64,000 nucleotides of DNA from Nemertoderma westbladi (lineage: Eukaryota; Animalia; Xenacoelomorpha): the NCBI GenBank assembly GCA_032718475.1, contig JAUCBJ010007179.1, positions 1-64,000 on the forward strand, read 5' to 3'. The translations under genes were made by a program, and so were the position numbers. The notes below the pieces were generated by a model, which worked only from the letters and a program-made list of their open reading frames with translations, was not told the origin of the DNA and ran no database searches. Shown piece by piece: positions 13,280-25,989 of the stretch; the stretch's first letter is position 1, and every line of letters starts with the position of its first letter.

Positions 13280-13419
13280 CTGTATTGAGCTTGTATATCA
13301 TCAGCAGGCATCATTATGACTGGCAGTAAGGGAGACTTGTGTCCACCTTGGTGCACATGTGGTGGTGAATGAGCCTCACTTCTGCTGTAGTTAGCTCTGT
13401 ATTCCGTGGCTTCCGCCAT
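13280..13419 (-). CDS. FAM81: FAM81-family protein, first coding exon
   Basis: ATG GCG start; 46 codons plus 2 nt (MAEATEYRANYSRSEAHSPPHVHQGGHKSPLLPVIMMPADDIQAQY), then AG|gtaagt; phase 2 matches the acceptor at 5351 (AG+A=Arg). Confidence 0.8.
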
Positions 13420-13682
13420 ATTGGTCGAGGACAAATTAACAAAATATTAATAAATGTTCTATTATTTAATAAAAAAAAAATAAAAAATCGTACAATAACA
13501 GTAACTATTGCACTTTATATCGACCACTCCTAATTCTGTTTAATTAGTCGAATAATTGCTACTTTGGCGTGGAATGGCTAATATAGGCATAATTATTGCA
13601 AGTAATATTAACATGAGAAAACTGGTAGTTAGTTATAGGCATGGGCGGGTAAGAACCAGCCCACACGACGTGTGTTAAGTTG

Positions 13683-13696
13683 GCTACCATAGCAAC
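13683..13696 (-). promoter_or_regulatory. RFX X-box, candidate FAM81 promoter element
   Basis: GTTGCTATGGTAGC, close to the X-box consensus GTTGCCATGGCAAC, about 265 bp upstream of the FAM81 ATG. Confidence 0.6.
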
Positions 13697-15705
13697 TGAA
13701 ACATAGTTCGCGGAACCTTTATCAATGCCAATAATGAATGCCATTACATGATTGAGTTACGTTTTTGTGCGAATTAATATAACGGTAACCGTACGGTAAT
13801 TGTGATATTTGTATTGTTTGTAGGTATTGTGATATTTGTCAGTACAGCAGCCGCCAGACGGCCGCACGGTATGTTTGGTATGCCTTACGGCAATAGACTA
13901 TACGGTCGTACGGCCATGGATGAGGCCGTACACGTTGACCTTACGGCCGTGCGGCCGAGTATAAATAGGTCTGAAGGGTCAGCTCAGCAGGGACGTATCA
14001 TGGATTTACGGGTTAATGGGAACCCAGGGGTAAAGTAAAAGGTCATTATTACTAATAATAAATTAATAAACATCAATCTTCTGAAGAAATTCTATATAGA
14101 TGATTTCAAGTACCGGTACCCCCAAATCCAATTTTTCAGATTTTCACTTTTTCCTAATATTACACCACCCAAAAGACGTCATTCATATATTTCGGTATAT
14201 TTAGTCACATACTGAAATCGTACACGCGTGGCGTAGTGACATCCTGGGAAATAATGTGGGAATGTGATATAAAATTGGAAAATATAATGATAAATCTATT
14301 CCAATCAAATTGATTCCACTCCGGTAAAATACTGAAGAGTGAAAAAAAAAGGTGATTATACTCTCCAAAAAACATGATAATGACTTTCGTTAGTACAATA
14401 GGTTAGGTAAGGTTATGTTTTGGTTAGAATAACGTGCCATTGGAACCGGCTCCTTTTCATTAATTGATAATTTAACATTGAGTCATTGTTTGGCAAGATG
14501 GGATTTGCGTCCATTCTCACCATCTGTCTCGCATTCGTACTTCTCTACCAATAAACATCACATAGCTAATACGGCTAATAAGTTTTCACATCATCAGTTC
14601 ATCGCATCACTATTAAAAAAATTCTGAAAGGTTTTCAACACCAATCTCTATCCATGATTGGTGAACCACAAGCCCACACACGCTGAGTAAACTATCAGAG
14701 CTCTGATTTAGCAGTATGCTCCTTCCAAAGACAGGAGCTGCATTCTTATTTCTCACTAGATGACAGCCTAGACTAGACAACTATATGACACAAACTTTCG
14801 CACTAAGAAAGAAGACGATTACTGGTACCGGTATCGTCTCCAGTCATGGCCCAACAATAGTGTAAACGCTACACCGATGACGGACGGCAGGCAACCGACA
14901 ACTGACAACCGTTATTACTCACAAAATTAAACTGGAACCTGCGTTCCTGACTCTCGTTTATTGTTTTGATTAGAATAACCAGCCACCTTAACCTGGTCTT
15001 TTTCTCTCTTAAAGTTTATAACGGTTGTCTGCTGTCGGCTGTGTTTCCTTTCTATATAAAGCTTTCATGCTGCTCAGAACGAGTTAATTTTCAGAGATAA
15101 ATCGCCTACCAAGGCTTCCCTGTGATTGGTTGGGAGTGGGAGGACGACAGTGGGAGAAGACCCTTACAATCCCATTCTCCCTTTTCATTTCAAATTGGAT
15201 CCGAAACACCAAAAGCATTATATATTATAAAAATACTTAAAACTTAGGAGGCCTTAAACAATTTATTACAATAGTCGAGCTCGAGAGTTTACTAATAATA
15301 TGCGCAGGAACATCTGTGTATAATGAAATAACTACATAAACATAACGTGGAAGAGTAAGTAATCTTCGACAATTAACCATCACATTCTATATGAAAATAT
15401 TCATGTCAAAATCTTATAGATTTTTACCAGCGTGTAAACAAATCGGACTTTCTAGGACCACGAACGGCGCGTAGAAAGAAACTATAACGCCGTGTTTTGA
15501 AATGCGCATTCAAGCACCCCAAATTTTATTTAGAAGTACCTGGTTACTAAGACTATTCTTGAATAACAACAGGTTTAATAGTTTCACAGGTTATACTTTA
15601 GTTTAAACAAATCCGTAATTCTAACTATTGATGACATATTGAACTGAACTTTTCCAATAATATCAAAATGTATATTTCATTGCATTAATCCACGACGTTT
15701 TACAT

Positions 15706-18054
15706 TCACCGCGAGTTGTATACGGTGCTAGTGGACGCGAGTTTCATCGCCTCCTCAACCTTCCCTTGTAACAACCGTGTGTTCTCATCTATCCACTGTA
15801 ACGAGTCCATGTGAGCGTTGAGAATGCGAGCGACTTGGCGTAGAGGATCATCAGTCGCATCCGATCCCCCAACATCGGGGCCATTCACGTTATCTATAAC
15901 CTCCCGCAGTTCCTCTGCGATGCCTTGCAACTGCGAGTCCAAACTCTCGGCCAACTTATAAGTGGTCTCCCTCTCCCCGTCCGCGTACACGTTGCTCGCC
16001 ACGTTCATTTCCGCGGTATTCGCGTTCTCCTCCAACGCCGACAGTATCGTAGCTAACTCCCGTTGCTGACTCCCTATGTAATCCATCTCGCAGTCCAGTT
16101 TATCCTGGTCCACGGTAACCTTTTCAACATCTTCCTGTAAACTAACTATTTTCTCGCCGTTCTCTATTAGCAACCGATCCCAAGCGTTCACCTGAGTCGC
16201 CTGATTGATAAACACCTTCTCTGATTCCTCCATATCGATCTTCCATTGATTCAGTAGATCCTCTAGTTGTTTGTACGAGAGGGAAGTTAAAGGGGAGGAA
16301 GTTACCGAGAGAGACGTCGAGGTATTTGCGACTCCGAGGCCCGACGCTGTAGTAACGGCTGGGGTAGCGGTGGGAGGCATCAACAACCCGGGGGTTGTGG
16401 ACGACGCTGTCGACGGCGTCCCGAACGCCGGGAAGGACGGAGCTACGACGTGGGTTCGTTGTACGGACGGGGGCGGTTTACTTTCGGGAATAGAAGTGGC
16501 GGTTGGGACGCTGGTACTAAACGGTTGGACGGCGGTGTGGGGGGTTTCGCTTAGAGTAACCGGGACAGCGGCCGCTGTTGGAACGGCAGTTCCGGTGGAT
16601 GGGGCCGAAGCTAAAGAACCGAAGAGTCCCGATGTCGACGATACAGTGGACGGAGCAGTGGAACCAGCAAACCCGCTGGTCGCCGGGCCAAACCCTGGCG
16701 GTTTAGCGGCGCCGCTCGTGGTTGGGAAGGAGAATCCTCCAGCGGCCGTGCTGATAGCAGATACCGGTTGCGCAGCAAAAGCAAACCCACCAGCAGGCTG
16801 AGTGGTGGCACCAAACGCAGCAGCGGGCTGAGTGGTGGCACCAAACGCACCAGCGGGCTGAGTGGTGGCACCAAACGCACCAGCGGGCTGAGTGGTGGCA
16901 CCAAACGCACCAGCGGGCTGAGTTATGGCACCAAACGCACCAGCTGGTTGAGTTGTGGCACCAAACCCACCAGCGGGTTGAGTCGTGGCACTATACCCAG
17001 CAGCGGGCTGCGTAGTGGCACTAATCCCAGCAGCGGGTTGATTAGTGGCACCAAACGCACCAGTGGGTTGAGTTGTGGCACCAAACGCAACAGTGGGTTG
17101 ATTTGTGGCACTAAACCCAGCAGTTGGCTGAGTTGTGGCACCAAACCCAGCCGCGGGTTGAGTTGCGGAACCAAACCCAGCAGCGGGTTGAGTTGTAACA
17201 CCAAACCCAGCAGCGGGTTTAGTAATGGAACTAAACCCAGTGGCGGACTGCGTAGTGGCACCAAACCCAGCAGCGGGTTGAGTTATGGTACCGGTAACAA
17301 ATCCAGCAGCGGGTTGAGATGTGGCACCAAACCCACCGGTAACAAACCCAGCAACGGGTTGAGATGTGGCACCAAACCCAGCAGTGGGTTGAGTTGTGGC
17401 ACCAAACGCACCAGTGGGTTGAGTTGTGGCACCAAACCCACCAGTGGCTTGAGTTGTGGCACCAAACCCAGCAGTTGGCTGAGTGGTGGCAGCAAACCCA
17501 GCAGCGGTTGTAGCAGTGAAACCAAAAGAAACCGTAGATTGGGTCGGCACTCCAAACCCACCAGTTGGTTTGGCGGCAACCCCGAACACACTAGGAGATT
17601 GAGATATAGCTGCAGAAGGTTGAGCCACAGATCCAAACAGTCCCCCTGGAACTGAAGAAGTTTGTTGACCAGTTTGTGCGCCGAATAAGTTAGTGGAGGA
17701 CTGCTGCGTTAAACTCCCAAATCCGCCAGCTGTGTTTGGCGCCGCTGCTCCGAATAACCCACCCGTTGCCGGTTGCGTTCCGAATCCGCCGGTCGCGGAA
17801 GGTTGCTGTGCCGTCGCACCGAATATTCCAGTCCCGGCAACGGGTTGCGATGTGGCGGCGGATCCGAATAAACCGCCCCCCGATGCGACGGGTTGTGCCG
17901 CTCCTAATCCTGCGGGACTGGCTGCGAAGGTAAACGGGGCGGATCCTGTAGAGAGTGAAGGTTTACTAAGGAATGAACTTCCTGTTGATCCCGAAACAGA
18001 TCCAAAGGAAAACTGTGCTGTTGACGATTTCTGCTGCTGAGATTGACCAAACAT
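15706..18054 (-). CDS. NUP62: Nucleoporin p62 (Nsp1 family), single coding exon
   Basis: ATG at 18054; FG-repeat N-terminus, Thr/Ser linker and Nsp1_C coiled coil (LEDLLNQW..FINQATQVNAWDRLLIENGEKI..ILNAHMDSLQWID); 782 aa uninterrupted. Confidence 0.96.
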   Translation of the reverse strand: MFGQSQQQKSSTAQFSFGSVSGSTGSSFLSKPSLSTGSAPFTFAASPAGLGAAQPVASGGGLFGSAATSQPVAGTGIFGATAQQPSATGGFGTQPATGGLFGAAAPNTAGGFGSLTQQSSTNLFGAQTGQQTSSVPGGLFGSVAQPSAAISQSPSVFGVAAKPTGGFGVPTQSTVSFGFTATTAAGFAATTQPTAGFGATTQATGGFGATTQPTGAFGATTQPTAGFGATSQPVAGFVTGGFGATSQPAAGFVTGTITQPAAGFGATTQSATGFSSITKPAAGFGVTTQPAAGFGSATQPAAGFGATTQPTAGFSATNQPTVAFGATTQPTGAFGATNQPAAGISATTQPAAGYSATTQPAGGFGATTQPAGAFGAITQPAGAFGATTQPAGAFGATTQPAGAFGATTQPAAAFGATTQPAGGFAFAAQPVSAISTAAGGFSFPTTSGAAKPPGFGPATSGFAGSTAPSTVSSTSGLFGSLASAPSTGTAVPTAAAVPVTLSETPHTAVQPFSTSVPTATSIPESKPPPSVQRTHVVAPSFPAFGTPSTASSTTPGLLMPPTATPAVTTASGLGVANTSTSLSVTSSPLTSLSYKQLEDLLNQWKIDMEESEKVFINQATQVNAWDRLLIENGEKIVSLQEDVEKVTVDQDKLDCEMDYIGSQQRELATILSALEENANTAEMNVASNVYADGERETTYKLAESLDSQLQGIAEELREVIDNVNGPDVGGSDATDDPLRQVARILNAHMDSLQWIDENTRLLQGKVEEAMKLASTSTVYNSR
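16780..17510 (-). repeat. Coding 30-bp minisatellite (ATTQPAGAFG-type units) within NUP62
   Basis: More than 20 tandem 10-aa units, several identical at DNA level (16830-16920). Confidence 0.92.
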
Positions 18055-18125
18055 TTTCAACTACCGGTAGGCCTATCTGGCCTATCTGTCAGTCTGTAAT
18101 CTGTAGGCCTATAATAGGTATAATA

Positions 18126-19106
18126 GGGGGTGTTTGAAAAAGGTGGACACATGCACAAAAAACATAGATAATAGTCTGACCAATCAGAAACGTATTGAAG
18201 CAATGCTATTTATTAGTGATTGGACTGTCAACCTTTTTCAGGTTTCAATTATCTATCTATAATGGGCATGCTGGAAGCAGTTGCATTAAGAATGCTGCCG
18301 GTGTCCTAGGCGTATCTACCCTCACGCCTCACCCCCCCCCCCCCCCCCCTGCGGATACTAGCGTACATGTGGATTTATTGGTTTATTTTTGTAACCTAAT
18401 TAAAACTGTCATTAGTAGCAATAAAGTCCCGATGCTCTAATCTAAGAAATTTTGTGGAATTTACTGTAGGATCCAAAATATTTAAGGTTGGGGTTACATG
18501 ACCTTTTTATAATTAAGGCTTTGGGCCTCCATTTCCACTTTGAATTAGGGTTTCGGACCTCCACTCCCAAAATATGGGGACTTATTTACCTCCCTCGGTG
18601 CGCTCGGTCGTTTAATAACAGATCTCGGGATGAACGGTAAATAAAGCATAATATATTTCCCTCACAGTACAATAGGTAGTTGTTATAATTAACTTTATAC
18701 TGTAATGAATGAGTTAGAATATTGACGTTCCAATATTGATGCTAAGGCTGTAAGGCTCAGCTCTCAGACTTCGTGGCTCGCCCCATATTATTGAACTAGG
18801 CCTATTTCGACAACTTCGGTTTGTCACAGTAAGTATGGGATAATAATAACAATAATAATCCCAGAATACATAAAAACCTTCTGAAATTTTTTGAAAAACG
18901 TGGACAGAGCTGCTCTAATGTGCAAATCAATCTGATTGGTCAATTCATTGCCTGTTCTTTCTCAACCCAGTCCACCTTATTCAAATTTGAAAAAGGTGGA
19001 CAACAAAGCTGAAAAAGGTGGACAAGCTGTGTGACGCAAATCGCCCGTGATTGGTCTGTCCGTTGTCCATGTTTTCTGTGTCCAGTCCACCTTTTTCAAA
19101 CACCCG
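18126..19106. mobile_element. Tc1/mariner-type MITE directly upstream of NUP62
   Basis: TIR GGGTGTTTGAAAAAGGTGGAC/GTCCACCTTTTTCAAACACCC; TA on both flanks; extra internal AAAAAGGTGGAC copies. Confidence 0.8.
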
Positions 19107-19336
19107 TATAATTTGTACATAATCTGTATAATATAATAATCTATGTTATTGCAGTTCAGTCTGTCAGTAGTTTGCTATTGTGGTACCGGTACCGCCGCCG
19201 TCAGCCGTCAGGCCGTCTGTATTTGCAATATTTATTTTCAGTTTTTGTACCAGTCAGCCAGAGCTAGTTCAGCAGTTTTACAAAATTAATCGGCGTATCC
19301 ACCTTGGGTTCCACCAAAGTCCAAAGGTTCCACTTC

Positions 19337-19622
19337 CACCTTGGTGTAGTGGTTGCATTGAATTCACATCTCCCGTAGGTCGTGGGTTCGATCCTCACAT
19401 GGGCCAGGGCAGTTTTCGTTTCGGCACGATTGCTTTAAAGGGACCAGCCAGGGCGCATCTCTGCCTTGCATCCTTAAGTGGTAGCTAAATGAGTACTGGA
19501 GTTTCCTCTGGGGAGTAAAGTTCTGGGGGACCGTACTGGCTGACTGGAAATAAGTCGTCAGACTTTGTGCGTAATCCCTGGCAGGCCTAGCGGCCGAAGA
19601 AAATTTACTTTACTTTACTTTT
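19337..19622 (+). mobile_element. tRNA-derived SINE
   Basis: A box TGGTGTAGTGG (19342), B box GGGTTCGATCC (19384), central AAATGAGTAC motif and (TTTAC)n tail. Confidence 0.85.
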
Positions 19623-20149
19623 ATCTACAGATATACTTATACTGTTACAGTCAAGGACTACTGCTTCAGTAGTCTTTGGTTACAGTCTATACCAGTACAG
19701 CAGTCTGGCAGTACCCACCGATGTATAACTTTAAATCGTTAAATACAAACAATATAACAGTAAGCAAGGATCATTACCACTACCATATAAAGGTGGTGGT
19801 GGGCGTGGGGTGGACGTAGACATCATCCCTTCCACTCTATTCCTTAGTAACTTATAAAGCCCACTACCGACTTTGCCACTTATATTTTATTTGTATATTA
19901 TAATATTATAATTATATATTAGGCCTATATTATTATATCTGCTGATAGTTTTGAAGAGGTGTGTTAAAACGTGTGTCTAGAATCTAGATGGTTCAGAAAA
20001 TTTATACAACATATTTCATTTTGGGCCAGTTTGTCGGAAGATTATGCTGGAAGTCGGTTAGCCAATCATAGACAAGTATTTTCGGTATTCTATCTGTCCA
20101 TTCCCTGCCTCTATAATTAATAGACTGGCTGTTGCAACTGACTCTGTCT

Positions 20150-23100
20150 TATGGCGTCTGATTTGAGCCAAAATACCTTAGAATTATAAATGTGTACCTT
20201 ACATTTTTAATTAGCTTATATTTATAAGCATCGCTTAAAAGTATGGTATTTTATTGCATTTGAATTTATACATCGCTTAAAAGTAAGCTATGTTTTATGT
20301 AGTAGACTTTAATAAATCGCTTAAAAGTAAGGTATTTTTTACAAGTTCTCTTAAAACATCGCTTAAAAGTAAGCTATGTTTTTTGTATTTGCCGTGAAAA
20401 TCGCTTATAAGTAAGCTATGTTTTTGCAATTGCCTTGAAAATCGCTTAAACGTATGGTATTTTATTGCATTTGAATGTATACATCGCTTAAAAGTAAGCT
20501 ATGTTTATGTAGTTGACTTTAATAAATCGCTTAAAAGTAAGGTATTTTTTACAAGTTCTCTTAAAACATCGCTTAAAAGTAAGCTATGTTTATGTAATTG
20601 ACTGTAATAAATCGCTTTAAATAAGGTATTTAATTGCAGTTCTGTTCCAACATTGCTTAAAATGAAGTATGTGTTTATGCAGTAATATAGTTTAAAATAA
20701 GCAATGTTTTTACAGTGTCGTTTAAACATAGTTTAAAGTAAGCTATGTTTTTGCAGTGTTTTGTCCAATCAAATGCGTTGTTGACAATATCTGCAATTAG
20801 TAAATAGATCACGAGAGGGCGCTGTTGAGCAATTGTTGTATTCCAGTATTCGATCAGCAAAATCGAATTTCTGATATGTAGGGTACACGGTACGGACAGT
20901 ACGGTAACAGTATTGTTATAGAGTACTGCAGTAGCCAGTAGGTATGTCATCTGAAAATTTCATCTTTGAAATTGAGAGCCTAATACGGAGGTGCCAACAA
21001 ATTGCAGATGATACATATAAGCAGCAGCTACTTTGATGCCGAGCAATAGGTAAACTTAATAACCAATGCACCCATTCACGGAGGCTTCGATTTAAATCAA
21101 TTATTCCAGAATTACGTGTTGTACTGGTATCGGCGGCGCTAGGGCTATTACCTGTATCCCCATCCTCTATTATGCGATCCAGTACATCAATCTTATATTG
21201 AAAAATACGTGTTAAATATTCTATTATATTTAAGTTTGAAAATGTCTCATCTTCTGAAATTTGTTGGCACCTCCGTATTAGGCTCTCAATTTCCGAGATG
21301 AAATTTTCGGATGCCACACCTACTGCAGTGTAACTTCTGTATACTGTTAACCGTACGATTCGATTTTGCTGATCGAATACTGGAATACAACAATTGCTCA
21401 ACAGCGCCCTCTTGTGATCTATTTACTAATTGCAGATATTGTCAACAACGCATTTGATTGGACAAAACACTGCAAAAACATAGCTTACTGTGCACTATGT
21501 TTAAACGACACTGTAAAAACATCGCTTACTTTAAACTATGTTTAAACGACACTGTCAAAAACATAGTTTACTTTAAACTATATTACTACATAAACACATA
21601 CTTCATTTTAAGCAATGTTGGAACAGAACTGCAATTAAATACCTTATTTAAAGCGATTTATTACAGTCAACTACATAAACAGCTTACTTTTAAGCGATGT
21701 TTTAACAGAACTTGTAAAAAATATCTTAATTTTAATCGATTTAATAAAGTCAACTACATAAACATAGCTTACTTTTAAGCGATGTTTTATCAGAACTTGT
21801 AAAAAATACCTTACTTTTAAGCGATTTATTAAAGTCAACTACATAAACATAGCTTACTTTTAAGCGATGTATAAATGCAAATGCAATAAAATACCATACT
21901 TTTAAGCGATTTTCAAGGCAATCGCAAAAAATTTGCTTACTTATGAGCGATTTTCAAGGCAAATACAAAAAACATAGCTTACTTTTAAGCGATGTTTTAA
22001 CAGGGATACGCGATATATGACACTGCTGTATAAGTTCATTGAATGACTGTTGATTTCGAAACATTTAATTCAAAACTATATAAATGTTAATATAATGTTG
22101 GATTTTTTTTTTGTAATAATTAACAGATGAACTATATTTCATTAATTTATTTTTTTTATCTAATCACATTATTAAATAACGAAGCACAGAAATAATACTA
22201 AGATTGAATATTTAATTGAAGGTACAGTACCGAATTGAATATTTGAATGGGAGAATCTTTTAGGCTCATTAAGCCAAGGAATGCCTGTTCACCACCATGG
22301 GTGATCTTTCACAGTAAACCCTTCCACTCCGTTTCCCAAGTTGCCTTGGTTCCCAATCGACCACTGAAGGATAAAAGCCGGGGTTGGGCTAGGCTGCAGC
22401 ATTTAAAGCACTGTGCCCAAACAGTACTGCCCCATCTAGGGATCGAACATTGAATATTTGAGATTGCATAAGATAGAGTATTGAATATTGAATATCTTCG
22501 GCCGTCATCCCTTTGGTGACTGCATTGGCAACCATTTCGACAGTTTCGATTGGTTTCGGCTCTTCAGTCCCCGAATAGACCGATGGTCGGCATGGTTGCT
22601 GTCCCCATGACTGAGGCTGCATTACCAACCAAAATTGCCATCTCCAGGCGTTGGAGCAGAAACTGGTGTGACCGCGGTTCGTGGGTGGCACTGTGGAGAC
22701 GAGCCCCGATCTCCCGGAGGAAGGCGGATGTCTCTGGACCGGGGCGGCCAAAGGTCTCAAAGGCCACTGGGTGAAAGAAATGGCCCCACTCCATTAGGTC
22801 GCGATACTTAGAGTTTTTAATGCGCTCCGCCCCCTTAAGCTGAGTGCCCCTCCGCAATGATGGTTTGTTAAAGGTGGCTGGGGGCCAGTGGATCTAGTAA
22901 TAATTAACGCAAAGATATGATTAGGTAGGCCTACGTGATATTACTGTATTAATTTCTCAAACCAAACCTCCATTGACGTCAAATATATCCAATTTCTCAA
23001 TCCATACTAATCCGTATGTAATAATACTAATAATGCAGTAATGTACACTGTAATACAATACCGGTAATGTCAATGTCCAACCAAACAATGCGTTGAGTGT

Positions 23101-24668
23101 TATCGGACCAGCCTCCGAGAAATGTTAGGCTAACGGCACCTCGCTCTGTCGCATCAGTTTTTGTAGTGGTCAGGTGGTCTAGTTCCAGGCTACCAGAATC
23201 CGTTAGGCCTAGTGCATGATATAGAATCAGCACATCCTGACATCTGTGCAACTCCTGAACTCACGCGAGCATTTTACAGATGGTGGTCTAATTTATATGG
23301 TCTTGTACCGCGAAACCGTGTATTATTTGTATTTACAGATGTAGGCTAAATTTCGGGTCTTGTACCGTGCACAGTACTGGTGGGCCTACACAGCTACTGC
23401 TATTTTGCCTAATACAGGTCCCAGAGGTAAATCCTTACCCCACAGGCTGTTACCTCTCTGACTGACAGCGCAACAGCCCTCTCTCATTTTCAAGGCAATC
23501 GCAAAAAATTTGCTTACTTATGAGCGATTTTCAAGGCAAATACAAAAAACATAGCTTACTTTTAAGCGATGTTTTAACAGAACTTGTAAAAAACACCTTA
23601 CTTTTAAGCGATTTATTAAAGTCAACTACATAAACATAGGTTACTTTTAAGCGATGTTTTATCAGAACTTGTAAAAAATACCTTACTTTTAAACGATTTA
23701 TTAAAGTCAACTACATAAACATAGCTTACTTTTAAGCGATGTATAAATGCAAATGCAATAAAATACCCTACTTTTAATCGATTTAATAAAGTCAACTACA
23801 TAAACATAGCTTACTTTTAAGCGATGTTTTATCAGAACTTGTAAAAAATACCTTACTTTTAAGCGATTTATTAAAGTCAACTACATAAACATAGCTTACT
23901 TTTAAGCGATGTATAAATGCAAATGCAATAAAATACCATACTTTTAAGCGATTTTCAAGGCAATCGCAAAAAATTTGCTTACTTATGAGCGATTTTCAAG
24001 GCAAATACAAAAAACATAGCTTACTTTTAAGCGATGTTTTAACAGAACTTGTAAAAAATACCTTACTTTTATGCGATTTATTAAAGTCAACTACATAAAC
24101 ATAGGTTACTTTTAAGCGATGTATAAATTCAAATGCAATAAAATACCATACTTTTAAGCGATTTTCAAGGCAATCGCAAAAAATTTGCTTACTTATGAGC
24201 GATTTTCAAGGCAAATACAAAAAACATAGCTTACTTTTAAGCGATGTTTTAAGAGAACTTGTAAAAAATACCTTACTTTTAAGCGATTTATGAAAGTCAA
24301 CTACATAAACATAGCTTACTTTTAAGCGATGTACAGTATAAATGCAAATGCAATAAAATACCATACTTTTAAGCGATTTTAAAGGCAATCGCAAAAAATT
24401 TGCTTACTTATGAGCGATTTTCAAGGCAAATACAAAAAACATAGCTTACTTTTAAGCGATGTTTTAAGAGAACTTGTAAAAAATACGTTACTTTTAAGCG
24501 ATTTATTAAAGTCAACTTCTTAAAACATAGCTTACTTTTAAGCGATGTATAAATTCAAATGCAATAAAATACCATACTTTTAAGCGATGCTTATAAATAT
24601 AAGCTAATGAAAAATGTAAGGTACACATTTGTAATTCTAAGGTATTTTGGCTCATATCAGACGCCATA
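20150..24668. mobile_element. Foldback non-autonomous DNA transposon, IS3EU-like, with satellite-bearing arms
   Basis: TATGGCGTCTGAT..ATCAGACGCCATA termini; 6-bp TSD CTGTCT (20144-20149, 24669-24674); inverted arms reach inward to about 21017/21242; ~41-bp ATCGCTTAAAAGTAAG subrepeats. TAY..RTA ends with a 6-bp TSD is the IS3EU signature. Confidence 0.8.
22564..22857 (-). pseudogene. 3' fragment of a CRE-clade (restriction-like endonuclease) non-LTR retrotransposon
   Basis: KNSKY..FHPVAFETFG..FLLQRLEMAILVGNAASVMGT, the C-terminal RLE motif of CRE-like elements. Confidence 0.8.
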
Positions 24669-25224
24669 CTGTCTCAGTGGGCAGTGGGTAATAGTCCACT
24701 GGATAACACAAGATAACCTACTGGAGAGACCGCTTCCAGACCGCATTCTAACTACCAACTCAAAGGATGCAGATTGCAGATGCCGTTGTCATCATATCAG
24801 ATGTAATAAAATGTATAATGTGTAAAGGGCAAGAAAGCCGTGCGCTTATTGCACCCTGGTAAAACATTTGATATAGTCTGATAGTACAGTAAGTAGGATA
24901 GCAACAATCTGCACCAGGTTAAAGACAATATGATTTAATTAATTAGGCCTGTATATACGTAGGTTAAAAATGATTTAAAAATTTAAAAACTGAGTATCCC
25001 AGGATGGATAGTACGTAGGTTAAAAATAATTAAAAAATTTAAATAATTAAAACTTTTCCGCTGCTGCTATCTTTTATATTATAATATTTTATGTCATATC
25101 GGTTATGTACAGTATGTGTACGTAGGTTATGTACAGTATGTGTATGTAGGTTATGTACAGTATGTGTATGTAGGTTAAAAAACGATTTAAATATTTCAAT
25201 AATGATTGGGAAATTTAGCGCTGT

Positions 25225-25925
25225 CACATGTATGTACTGTATAAGCGATAATAAATTTAAATTATAGGCACTGTGATTTTATATAGGTTATGACGTACAC
25301 TCGTACAGTACGTTATGTGGGTTAAAAATAATTTAAATTTAAATGGGGTGTAAATAACAAATTGTTTGTATGAACATTAGCTAGCACACGGCTAATTCGA
25401 TTATGTCTCTAAATTAGATAGAAAATACAAAAATACAACAAGGCGATCTAAATTAGATAAAAGGTTAGATAGAGAATGTATTTAGGCCAAAATGTGTGCG
25501 TTATTAATATACTGTAATATGTGAGAGTTATAGGTTACAATACCAGAAGCAATAAGTAAACTATATTGGTTGTGTCATGACAGTATAAGCGATAATAAAT
25601 TGCAATTATAGGCACTGCGGTTATGTATACAGTATGTTAAGTGGGTTAATAAAAATAATATAAAATAACAAATTTTTGTAAGAACATTAGCTAAGCACAC
25701 GGAAAATTTGATTATGTCTATATAAATTAGATATAAAATACACCCAGACGATATAACTTGGTTAATAGTAAAATATAAAAAAAAGTTAGATAGAGCATTT
25801 AGACAAAATACAACACAAAAAACACAATATTTGGGCCGAAATATGTGCGTTATTAACGATATACTAATGTGAGCTTGGTTGCAATACCAGCAACAATACG
25901 TACATTGTAGGACAATTGGTTGTGT
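25225..25925. repeat. Diverged ~350-bp direct duplication, preceded by a ~24-bp tandem repeat at 25100-25180
   Basis: GTATAAGCGATAATAAATT..ATTATAGGCACTG..GAACATTAGCTA..TGTGCGTTATTAA..CAATACCAG occurs twice. Confidence 0.7.
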
Positions 25926-25989
25926 CTGTAAACTAAATTAAAATTAAATTAAAATAAATGGAGGTAGAGTAAATAATGAGAATTAAAAT

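Noticed and set aside
13855-13960. Inverted repeat CGGCCGCACGG/CCGTGCGGCCG as a structured RNA
   Set aside because: Short, no TSD or family evidence; probably a decayed MITE.
16271-18040. Antisense and alternative-frame ORFs over NUP62
   Set aside because: Shadows of the 30-bp coding repeat and GC-rich codons.
15706-18054. NUP62 nested in a FAM81 intron, as with mammalian NUP62/IL4I1
   Set aside because: FAM81 has its own ATG exon and X-box at 13.3-13.7 kb, downstream of NUP62; a shared non-coding exon is not excluded but has no support.
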